From the IMG/VR virus record IMGVR_UViG_2617270950_000003: a stretch of DNA of 17,573 nt; one strand, written 5' to 3'. Source of the DNA: a virus. Lineage: Duplodnaviria; Heunggongvirae; Uroviricota; Caudoviricetes. Shown here in pieces: positions 8,697 through 15,677 of this stretch. Below the pieces are notes generated by a model, which was not told the DNA's origin, made no database searches, and saw only the letters and a program-made list of their open reading frames with translations. The translations under genes and the position numbers were made by a program. Every line of letters starts with the position of its first letter. Within the stretch, counting starts at the first letter, position 1.

Positions 8697-8706
8697 CGCT
8701 GTCACC

Positions 8707-9632
8707 TCAGAATGTCAATTTGTTACTGGATTTACCGAATTTGTCAGACATGGCTCCCAGGCCAGCCAGGACATCGACCTGTCGCTGTCGCCCACCTCCG
8801 TGAGCGGCTGGCTGTTGCCAGTAATCTTCGAAGTGACGATCGGGTCCAAAGAACGTCGCAGCCTGCTTCACGAACTGTGTGCCGGTATTTCCTGTAGCAC
8901 GTACCCAGGCGGCATACCGCTTCACGCCATCAAGCATGGTCTCCGGTTTTATTCCCTCCCTGATACGGGCTTTCCAGGCTTTGAAGGCTGCTGACTTGGA
9001 ATTGCCACCAGCACGTTTGGGATATTCCTGCCAGGCCTGTTCAAATTCCGGTGAATATTCCTGTCTGGCAGAACGCGCTGGTGCAGACGCGTCAGCGGAT
9101 GCGCCAATATCTTGCGGTTCATGTTTTGAATTTACTGGTGGTTCATGTTTTAAACCTTGTGGATCTGGAGTCAGATTCTGAAGGGTCAAACGCGTATTTT
9201 TGCCAGAATCTGAAGGGTCAAACACGCCTGAACATACAGATTCTGACGGTTCAGATTTTGAAGGTTCAGAATCTGAAGGGTCACGTAATACTGAAAGTCT
9301 GCGCTGCTGTTTCAGTTCTGCAACCTTATCCCGCTCAGTTCTGGCAAGCTGCTCAAGCCGATCAGCATTCAGATGATAAAGATTGGACGTATTACGGTTA
9401 CCTTTGCGGCGTGACTGACGCGTCAGCCAGCCATCAGCCTCCAGTTCGGAGATTGCCGTTCTGACTGTACTTTCTCCCAATCCAAGCTGTCGACATATGG
9501 TTTCAACACCCGGGTAGCACACCCGTCATCATTCGAATAATCAGCCAGGCGCGCCATAATCATCAGTTTTGCACCTTTGACGCCATATGCTGCGCATGCA
9601 TCCCAGACATTACCGAGGATCTTGCTACTCAT
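8707..9632 (-). pseudogene. replication initiator (lambda O / P22 gp18-like, N-terminal HTH), frame interrupted by an apparent 1-nt deletion
   Basis: N-terminal ORF 9423..9632 (MSSKILGNVWDACAAYGVKGAKLMIMARLADYSNDDG) and ORF 8707..9522 (CYPGVETICRQLGLGESTVRTAISELEADGWL...) join into one protein if a G is added in the GGG run at about 9520-9526. Strong SD (GGGAGGTG) before 9632. Iterons lie inside the gene, as in lambda O. Confidence 0.7.
9117..9283. repeat. origin-like iteron array inside the O-like gene
   Basis: Two copies of ggttcatgtttt(g/a)aa, then direct repeats cagattctgaagggtcaaac, cagaatctgaagggtcaaac, cagattctgacggttcag, attttgaaggttcag and aatctgaagggtcac. Confidence 0.6.
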
Positions 9633-9853
9633 ACGACACCTCCCAGACGCTTAAACATTTTTCCGGACTGAAACGCCACCAGCGGGTAACTCAGGGTATA
9701 AGTACGCCCCTGCACCTGGCAGACAACCTTCTGACTTTCTGCATTGACCAGGCAAACCCGCAGAACGAGGCCGTTGCTGGTGGTAAACCACTGCCCCACT
9801 CGGGGGCAACGGTTGTATCGGTGATACAGGAAATTAACGATGTGGCGGATCAT
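9629..9853 (-). CDS. hypothetical small protein (74 aa)
   Basis: ATGA-type overlap with the O-like start and with the upstream small ORF, suggesting translational coupling. No family recognised. Confidence 0.4.
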   Translation of the reverse strand: MIRHIVNFLYHRYNRCPRVGQWFTTSNGLVLRVCLVNAESQKVVCQVQGRTYTLSYPLVAFQSGKMFKRLGGVV

Positions 9854-10044
9854 GGACGCACCTCCGCCGTAGTTACGTATTTAACCGGGCTACCTTTCAT
9901 TGAGATGGTTTCACACATCTCTGCCGCTTTCAGTTCCGCTGTTTTTCTGGATTTATAGCGACGGTGCCAGACAGATACATCCGTGCGAACTGATACATCG
10001 TTTCTGTATTCCGTAGTGGAGATGATGATTTCGTAACTAATCAT
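9850..10044 (-). CDS. hypothetical small protein (64 aa)
   Basis: Overlap coupling on both sides (10041-10044 and 9850-9853). No family recognised. Confidence 0.4.
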   Translation of the reverse strand: MISYEIIISTTEYRNDVSVRTDVSVWHRRYKSRKTAELKAAEMCETISMKGSPVKYVTTAEVRP

Positions 10045-10892
10045 GGGCGAACCTCCTTGTCAGAACCATTCAGCCTGGAATCAACAAGTGCAGCGCCAAA
10101 AACAGCATCACCAACACGGTCGTACAGTTTGCTAGCCAGCGGAGATTCAACGGCCTTAAGCATTGGATAAAGCTGGCTTGTCCAGATTTGATGGATTTCA
10201 CGCAAATGCAGGTATACGCCTCTGGCGTTTCGTGCGACAGCTGACATATCAGACGTATCGGCACCTGATAAACTCTTCTCCATCAGGTTAAAGGCGTTGA
10301 TGTATGCCTCTTTGAACCGGGCAGCACGTTTACCAGTGAAGCCCATGGCAAGGAACGCGAAGCCATCGCGGGTGATTTGATAGCAAGGTAGTTTGCGGCC
10401 TGATGCGTCGGTGTATTCACTTAACACAAAATTGTGTTCAGTAAATTCAGCGGAACATTCGAGGTTTCTAATTCTATCTAAAACCCGCTCATGCCGTTTA
10501 GTAAAGTAATTAGCTACTGCAAGAGATGTGGTGACAACGCGACCATTGATAATCGTGATTTCAGGGTGAGATTGGGTTGGGAGAGTAGTCATGGTGACAG
10601 CCCCTATGTTGAATTCAATGAACTCACCACCAAGGCTTTCCACGACCATATAGGTGGTGAGACGTACAGGGGTGGAAATACCGGTCAACATAGAACCCGG
10701 CCCAACCGAAATTGGCCCTGCACGCCACACCATAATTTGGGCGTAACGATGCTCATGACACGAAAAAACCGCATGAGCGCGGTTGTGCTCTATATTGAAT
10801 TTCGGGTTTCCACGCCCGGCACCCGCTTTATAAGGTGCAGAGACAGTGTAACGTCCCGAAATTGCAGAATCAATATGCTGGTGGCGGATCAT
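10041..10892 (-). CDS. Rha-family phage regulatory protein (paralog A); Rha core from internal Met at 10592, preceded by a Gly/Pro/Ser-rich extension of about 100 aa
   Basis: Rha-domain blocks IINGRVVTTSLAVANYFTKRHERVLDRIRNL and YQITRDGFAFLAMGFTGKRAARFKEAYINAFN. Whether translation starts at 10892 or 10592 is unresolved. Confidence 0.7.
   Translation of the reverse strand: MIRHQHIDSAISGRYTVSAPYKAGAGRGNPKFNIEHNRAHAVFSCHEHRYAQIMVWRAGPISVGPGSMLTGISTPVRLTTYMVVESLGGEFIEFNIGAVTMTTLPTQSHPEITIINGRVVTTSLAVANYFTKRHERVLDRIRNLECSAEFTEHNFVLSEYTDASGRKLPCYQITRDGFAFLAMGFTGKRAARFKEAYINAFNLMEKSLSGADTSDMSAVARNARGVYLHLREIHQIWTSQLYPMLKAVESPLASKLYDRVGDAVFGAALVDSRLNGSDKEVRP
10815..10876. repeat. 62-bp block near-identical to 11471-11532 (copy 1)
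   Basis: cccggcacccgctttataaggtgcagagacagtgtaacgtcccgaaattgcagaatcaatat; 61 of 62 identities with copy 2 while flanking sequence is diverged. Confidence 0.85.
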
Positions 10893-11551
10893 AGGTGCAC
10901 CTCCCGTTGATTACGACGGAACGCGGAGTGACCCTGGACGGTTTCAGCCTCATGGAATGCTTCAATACAGCTCTCGTAGTACCGCATTGTGCGCAGACTT
11001 AACCCAAGCTGAAGCATCATCAGACCATCAAGGGTGATGTAATAACCACGCAGGGAGTCACCGTAGATGTGATAAGTACCCGGTATGAAATTGCGGGTAA
11101 AAAACTCGCGTGAGCAGTTCAGATACTCGATTTTGTCGACGATGTTCTGGTGCATGCGCTTAAAGTGGCAGGCAACATGCAGGGAGAAAATAACGGCCTT
11201 GCCGTTGACAACTTCAATTTTGAGGAATGGGGAAGTTGGGACTGTAGCCATGATGGCAGCCTCCGTATGCAATGGATAACTTCCACCACCGGAGCTGCGA
11301 AACTCACTGGTGGCAGACTGAACAGGGTTCGCAGTACCGGCGCATACGGAAACCGGCGAGCCTTTCGGCTCCCCTGCCCAGCCCACCATAATTCTGGCGT
11401 GCGTGAGCGCGGACGATAAAAAAGACGCTGGCGCGTCGTATATCGCCGTATGCAATTCCGGGCTGCGACCCCCGGCACCCGCTTTATAAGGTGCGGAGAC
11501 AGTGTAACGTCCCGAAATTGCAGAATCAATATTTGGTCTTGAAATGATCAT
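10889..11551 (-). CDS. Rha-family phage regulatory protein (paralog B, more diverged), with a similar N-terminal extension
   Basis: Core from MATVPTSPFLKIEVVNGKAVIFSLHVACHFKRMHQNIVDKIEYL...YYITLDGLMMLQLGLS aligns by eye with paralog A. N-terminal IDSAISGRYTVSAPYKAGAG is identical to paralog A. ATGA overlap with paralog A. Confidence 0.6.
   Translation of the reverse strand: MIISRPNIDSAISGRYTVSAPYKAGAGGRSPELHTAIYDAPASFLSSALTHARIMVGWAGEPKGSPVSVCAGTANPVQSATSEFRSSGGGSYPLHTEAAIMATVPTSPFLKIEVVNGKAVIFSLHVACHFKRMHQNIVDKIEYLNCSREFFTRNFIPGTYHIYGDSLRGYYITLDGLMMLQLGLSLRTMRYYESCIEAFHEAETVQGHSAFRRNQREVHL
11471..11532. repeat. 62-bp block near-identical to 10815-10876 (copy 2)
   Basis: Direct comparison of the two segments; one mismatch. 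Confidence 0.85.
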
Positions 11552-11636
11552 ATAGCTGCTGATATCTTTAGAACTGTTCTTGGATGTTTCGGAGCCGTTT
11601 TATGCGAAACAGCTCCCCGTTATTGATGTTGAGTGA

Positions 11637-11660
11637 GCCGGGTTACTCCCGGCTTTTTTT
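11637..11660 (+). terminator. plus-orientation intrinsic terminator overlapping the stop codon of the minus-strand Rha gene
   Basis: Hairpin gccggg-ttact-cccggc followed by T7. In the minus orientation the hairpin has no U-tract, so termination is plus-specific. Confidence 0.55.
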
Positions 11661-12373
11661 CATCGCTGCCAACCAATAACCTGAAATAACCCCATTTTCG
11701 GGTGATACCAGCGAGTCCCTCGCGGTTCTGCTTCCTCCATAACCCGATAAAAAGCAGCCATAAACGGTTCCACAGCAACAATTGCGCGACGTGACAACAA
11801 TCCGTCCGGCGTCATGAACTCATGTGTGTCTGTAGGAATTTGATAGGCGTTCACCAGATTGCGGCATTTATCATCTGACAAACCGGTTTTTGCTTTCAGT
11901 TGGCGATATCCGGCATAGCCCTCACGAATAGTGCCCTTTTTAATTTGCTCGACTGTTTCAGCAACGTGGCTGACTTTTTCTTCCACCTGAGTGATCCGTT
12001 TCTGTTGGCGAACGGCTTCAAGAGCCATCGCGGCAACCATTTCGATTTCGCTCATTGGCTTACGGATCTGTTCTTCCAGTTCGCGCCAGCGATCTACCAG
12101 GCGAGCTGTGAATTCAGGACAGAGCTGTGCGACGACAATGATGCTGTCGCGCTTACCTTGTTCGCCTTCGAAGATGTAAGCACCTACATTTCGTTTTAAT
12201 CCTAAGTTGTTGATTATTTCGAAATTCGCCATTGGCGCACTTCGAATAATCCCCTTATCCATGAGCCTTTCAATGCTGCGCTTAACATCTTTGTGTTGGC
12301 TGCCCACCAACTCTGCGATTTCAAGGCTGGTCATGGATGCTTTGCCGTTAAAAATTGCGGTGTTCACTGCCAT
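11660..12373 (-). CDS. Rha-family / antirepressor-like phage regulatory protein (paralog C, N-terminal Rha domain)
   Basis: 237 aa from ATG at 12373 with AAGGAG SD. N-terminus MAVNTAIFNGKASMTSLEIAELVGSQHKDVKRSIERL matches the Rha pattern. Confidence 0.7.
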   Translation of the reverse strand: MAVNTAIFNGKASMTSLEIAELVGSQHKDVKRSIERLMDKGIIRSAPMANFEIINNLGLKRNVGAYIFEGEQGKRDSIIVVAQLCPEFTARLVDRWRELEEQIRKPMSEIEMVAAMALEAVRQQKRITQVEEKVSHVAETVEQIKKGTIREGYAGYRQLKAKTGLSDDKCRNLVNAYQIPTDTHEFMTPDGLLSRRAIVAVEPFMAAFYRVMEEAEPRGTRWYHPKMGLFQVIGWQR

Positions 12374-12486
12374 CTCCTTACGGATAAATTCTTTTAAGAT
12401 TCCGCACATTCGTACTTATTGGTGCCGAACCTTCCTTCAGTTATCCTTTTGATCCCTATAAACAAAAGAACCAAAGGAGGTTCGAC

Positions 12487-12780
12487 ATGAAAGTTCAGGC
12501 CGTTGGTTTATTCTGGTTTCGCGATGCGATTCAGTATCATGAGCTCAAAAATATTTTTACTGATGCTGATGTGCTCTCCGACAGTTACACCGAGTGGAAA
12601 CACGACGCTGAAAAATTGATTAAGCGTGTCGAAAGAGGCGGGCAACGAGTTATTAAAGTTGAAGCGGATACAGCCGAGTTCATCGCTTGGTGTACAAGCG
12701 AAGGCATTGGAATCAATGCCGAAGGTAGAATGCAGTTCGCATCCTTTAAGGCTTACCAACAACTTCTCAGCGAACGCTAA
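12487..12780 (+). CDS. hypothetical protein (97 aa) encoded opposite to the early-right genes
   Basis: Consensus SD AAGGAGG 7 nt before ATG at 12487. Conflicts with a fully antisense minus-strand ORF (12508..12840, SD-like GGTGGTG); only one can be real. Confidence 0.4.
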   Translation: MKVQAVGLFWFRDAIQYHELKNIFTDADVLSDSYTEWKHDAEKLIKRVERGGQRVIKVEADTAEFIAWCTSEGIGINAEGRMQFASFKAYQQLLSER

Positions 12781-12850
12781 TGTGATCGGGGCAATCGAAA
12801 TGGTTGTCCCATCGTATTTAATAGTTATTTTTTCGCTCATATCACCACCA

Positions 12851-13060
12851 TCACTTCCCATCTTCCGTGTGCGCTAGGCTTGGGTGTGTATATGGAATGC
12901 TCGGATCCAAATGACAAAGAATGGCAACATCCTCCGGAACACCTCGCGTTTTCCACTTTCCAACACCTTGACTGCCACGAGGCCTTCCTTTCTTTGGGAA
13001 CCTGCGACCAATAGCGGCATTGGTTTTAAATTGAATTTTTAATATTTCATAAAGGGTCAT
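12851..13060 (-). CDS. possible Cro-position early regulator; small basic protein with an AT-hook-like KKGRPRGS segment
   Basis: Divergent from the CI-like gene across a 111-bp intergenic region, which is the cro position by synteny. No recognisable HTH and weak SD. Confidence 0.3.
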   Translation of the reverse strand: MTLYEILKIQFKTNAAIGRRFPKKGRPRGSQGVGKWKTRGVPEDVAILCHLDPSIPYTHPSLAHTEDGK

Positions 13061-13171
13061 TCTTTAGTCTCACACCAGATACTTTGTTATCCAACGATGT
13101 TAACCACAGGAATCCAAAGTATCAAGAAATTCTGTTACTTTAGTATCAACAGCCATGAGAGGAGAAGAAAA
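13061..13171. promoter_or_regulatory. divergent immunity-region control region (OR/PR/PRM-equivalent)
   Basis: Intergenic region between divergent regulator genes. Two direct AGTATCAA copies (13118-13125, 13142-13149). Strong SD GAGAGGAG before the CI-like ATG. Confidence 0.5.
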
Positions 13172-13828
13172 ATGAAGTCTTTAGGTGAACGTCTCATCAA
13201 CGCACGGCAAAAAGCTGGGTTAACACAAGATGCGTTGGCTAAAAAAGCTGGGATCACCAGAGTTGCAATCAGTAAAGCCGAGCAAGGCCTTACAAAAAGT
13301 TTCAACGGTGACACCCTTTTTAAAGTTGCAGCTGCACTGCGGTGTTCACCGCAGTGGATTCAGAACGGAGATGAAAAAGATAAGCATTGGGAAAATAATG
13401 TTAAGAGCTGCCCACAGAGAGACACAGCACACTCTTACCCTGTAATTAACTGGGTTCAGGCAGGATTATTCGCAACTTCTGGTGATGACTACAACATGTA
13501 TGATCAGGATAATTGGAGGCATTCTGTAAAATACGCTGGTGAGAGGGGGTTCTGGCTGGAAGTGCACGGAGACTCAATGACTTCGCCCGTAGGAATAACA
13601 TTTCCTGAAGGAATGTCGATCCTTGTCAACCCAGATAAAGAAGTTTTTTCAGGGTGTTACGTCATCGCCAGAAAAAAATCTACCAATGAAGCAACATTCA
13701 AAAAATATATTTCTGACATGGGAAAGGCGTTTCTAAAGCCCCTTAATCCACAATATCCAATCATAGAAATGGACAATGATTGCGAAATAGTAGGTGTTGT
13801 GGTTGATGCCAGGTGGGATATTTTCTGA
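13172..13828 (+). CDS. cI: CI-like prophage repressor (N-terminal HTH, C-terminal S24/LexA-type autopeptidase)
   Basis: 218 aa from ATG at 13172. HTH LTQDALAKKAGITRVAISKAEQG, candidate Ala-Gly cleavage site (VQAGLF), Ser nucleophile in GDSM, and downstream Lys residues. Confidence 0.85.
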   Translation: MKSLGERLINARQKAGLTQDALAKKAGITRVAISKAEQGLTKSFNGDTLFKVAAALRCSPQWIQNGDEKDKHWENNVKSCPQRDTAHSYPVINWVQAGLFATSGDDYNMYDQDNWRHSVKYAGERGFWLEVHGDSMTSPVGITFPEGMSILVNPDKEVFSGCYVIARKKSTNEATFKKYISDMGKAFLKPLNPQYPIIEMDNDCEIVGVVVDARWDIF

Positions 13829-13856
13829 CCAGACACAAAACACAAAAAGAAACCAA

Positions 13857-13927
13857 AGTATCAAAAATCACTTGCCACACCTTGATACCTTAGTTACCAT
13901 AAAACAAAGTTCGTAACTGAGGTATCA
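13857..13927. promoter_or_regulatory. operator-like GTATCA repeats between the CI-like gene and the downstream operon
   Basis: Inverted repeat AGTATCAA-N17-TTGATACC (13857-13889) plus GGTATCA at 13921-13927, immediately before ATG 13932. Same heptamer as in the cI upstream region. Confidence 0.45.
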
Positions 13928-13931
13928 TCTC

Positions 13932-14348
13932 ATGATCAATAAAGCTACAACTCTTGACTGTCTCGAAGAACTGAAAAACCTCGGCAGCCTCATTACACTA
14001 ATAGCAAAAGCAACACCTGATGCTACGCTCTCTAGCGATATAGAGTCATGCGCAGGACTGGCATGGGATATGACAAATAGCATATCCAGAAAGCTATCGT
14101 CAGCAATGCTTTTACAGAACAAAAATTCTGCAATCAACAACCGTCTTCGCACCCAACGCGAAGCCTGCGGCTTAACAACCGCCGAACTCGCCAGGCTGCT
14201 CGATCTCGATGAAGAAATTATCATCCAGTGGGAGAGCGGAGAGTGTGAACCAACTATCAGTATGCTTATCCCACTGGCAAATATTCTTGGCTGCGATCCG
14301 ATGTGGCTGTTAACTGGTAAACCAACAGGTGGGGATACTTGCGCATGA
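13932..14348 (+). CDS. hypothetical regulator (138 aa): unknown N-terminal domain plus C-terminal XRE-type HTH
   Basis: C-terminal LRTQREACGLTTAELARLLDLDEEIIIQWESGECEPTISMLIPLANILGCDPMWLLTG is HTH_XRE-like. Occupies the slot directly after cI. AT-rich codon usage. Confidence 0.6.
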   Translation: MINKATTLDCLEELKNLGSLITLIAKATPDATLSSDIESCAGLAWDMTNSISRKLSSAMLLQNKNSAINNRLRTQREACGLTTAELARLLDLDEEIIIQWESGECEPTISMLIPLANILGCDPMWLLTGKPTGGDTCA

Positions 14349-14587
14349 AAAACTGTGATGCTTACCATATTTGTCTCATTGGTGAATTGCTTGATTTCAT
14401 ACAAAAAAGCACTGCGCACAATAATAAAAATATAACATATGGTGATCTGGTAATAATTTCAGAGGATATAAAGAGCATCGCTCTTAAATTCAAGAGCGAC
14501 GCGAGTATTGATGACGCTATTTACGCTTATCTTGCGAAAATAATTGACGGATCCAAAATCCAGCCTCTGGATGAACCTCGTCAGTGA
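14345..14587 (+). CDS. hypothetical small acidic protein (80 aa), coupled to the upstream HTH gene
   Basis: ATGA start/stop overlap at 14345-14348. Very AT-rich codons. No family recognised. Confidence 0.5.
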   Translation: MKNCDAYHICLIGELLDFIQKSTAHNNKNITYGDLVIISEDIKSIALKFKSDASIDDAIYAYLAKIIDGSKIQPLDEPRQ

Positions 14588-14744
14588 AAAACTCCTTTGA
14601 TGAAGATGAGAACTGCTTCATTAACTTTACTTTATCTTCAGGTGAAACTACCTGACGAATTAATGCGGAGATAGCAACTTTGTGCCAAATTAATTCTTTT
14701 TTGAGTTCTGAAATCTCTTTTTCGAGTTGCTCTGCGTTAATCAT
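14517..14744 (-). CDS. hypothetical coiled-coil protein (75 aa), convergent with the cI-proximal operon
   Basis: Strong SD GGAGG 7 nt before ATG at 14744. Overlaps the 3' end of the 80-aa gene by about 70 nt on the opposite strand. Confidence 0.5.
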   Translation of the reverse strand: MINAEQLEKEISELKKELIWHKVAISALIRQVVSPEDKVKLMKQFSSSSKEFFTDEVHPEAGFWIRQLFSQDKRK

Positions 14745-14923
14745 TTATCCTCCATTGAGAGCTGAATTGAAAATGGGGACCAACACGCGGCTACGTGTGG
14801 TCGTGCGCCGGACACGGATAAGCATCCGGTAACTGATTATCAATCATTGCGGAAACAGTCTCAATATGAAAACACTTCTGAGACTCGCTATATAGCAGGA
14901 CATATAAGTCAGCTGAGGAAGCC
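14745..14923. promoter_or_regulatory. divergent control region (PL/OL-equivalent) with a GC-rich structured segment and a palindrome
   Basis: Intergenic between the minus 75-aa gene and the plus early-left operon. Hairpin-prone segment around 14780-14830 and inverted repeat gtctca-N15-tgagac around 14858-14884. Confidence 0.4.
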
Positions 14924-15289
14924 ATGAAAAAGTTCGAAAACATAACTGTTCTCCATGTTGATGACTTTGATTATACAAACCCGGAACTTCTCCCGGAGGT
15001 TGTAAAGGCAATAGATGTTGCCGATATAGTGATTAGAGAAAAGAGAATTGTCAAAAACAGGCTCGCATGCACTTCAGGAGCAATGACAGAAACAACCTCA
15101 CAGCAAGATAATTACGAAGGCATTTGTCTGGAGCCTGATTCATTTGCGGTAAATGTTTATCATTTATTGCATGCAACACAGGTATTACATATGTCCAGTA
15201 ATCACGAAACGAAAACACTCGGCAGCGAAATTCTGAGTTTTGCATGTGAGTATACAAAAGCTGCTGCCGAAAAAGAATTAGCGCAATAA
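14924..15289 (+). CDS. hypothetical acidic protein (121 aa), first gene of the early-left operon; not N-like
   Basis: ORF track; GAGGAAG SD-like sequence before the ATG. No Arg-rich N-terminal motif. Confidence 0.5.
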   Translation: MKKFENITVLHVDDFDYTNPELLPEVVKAIDVADIVIREKRIVKNRLACTSGAMTETTSQQDNYEGICLEPDSFAVNVYHLLHATQVLHMSSNHETKTLGSEILSFACEYTKAAAEKELAQ

Positions 15290-15367
15290 CAACAAATATG
15301 CCCTGAACGTTTATTGCGGTTTTATCGCCGGGGATTGTTACAACCTTAATCCACAGGAGGCTTTATT

Positions 15368-15481
15368 GTGACTTTTATAAAGAATATGGCATCACACAAG
15401 ACCGCCTGCCTTATTGCACAATACGGTGAAAATTACATGCATATTGCCTGCTTATTTCTGCGTAAAGCATACGGGAGATAA
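15368..15481 (+). CDS. small ORF (37 aa) not in the ORF track
   Basis: AGGAGG SD 7 nt before GTG at 15368. Stop TAA is 2 nt before the next ATG at 15484. Sequence MTFIKNMASHKTACLIAQYGENYMHIACLFLRKAYGR. Confidence 0.35.
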   Translation: MTFIKNMASHKTACLIAQYGENYMHIACLFLRKAYGR

Positions 15482-15483
15482 TA

Positions 15484-15672
15484 ATGCATCAGAAAACAGC
15501 AGAACACGAACAAACCAGAATATTGCTGACCATCAAAAACGGGAAAGTAATATTCATTCGCCATGTTCATGACGATGAACTTGTAGGAACTCTTTCAACA
15601 TTCCTGTTTATTGCAGAAAAGGCAGGATATGACGTTATTGCACCAGCAGATGAAGATGAAGATGAGGAATAA
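15484..15672 (+). CDS. hypothetical small protein (62 aa) with acidic C-terminal tail (DEDEDEE)
   Basis: ORF track; tight spacing to flanking genes. Confidence 0.5.
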   Translation: MHQKTAEHEQTRILLTIKNGKVIFIRHVHDDELVGTLSTFLFIAEKAGYDVIAPADEDEDEE

Positions 15673-15677
15673 ATATC

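Noticed and set aside
10491-11529. ORFs 10491-10910 (plus), 11085-11279 (plus), 11150-11419 (plus) and 11119-11529 (minus, alternative frame)
   Set aside because: They overlap the Rha paralogs, which have domain-level support; GC-rich sequence gives long open shadow frames.
13061-13171. LexA (SOS) box CTGT-N8-ACAG in the immunity control region or upstream of the Rha genes
   Set aside because: The nearest match is CTGT-N13-ACAG (13132-13152), which has the wrong spacing. No canonical 16-bp box was found by eye, though I could not scan exhaustively.
14924-15289. N-type antiterminator as first gene of the early-left operon
   Set aside because: The protein is acidic and lacks the Arg-rich N-terminal RNA-binding motif of N proteins.
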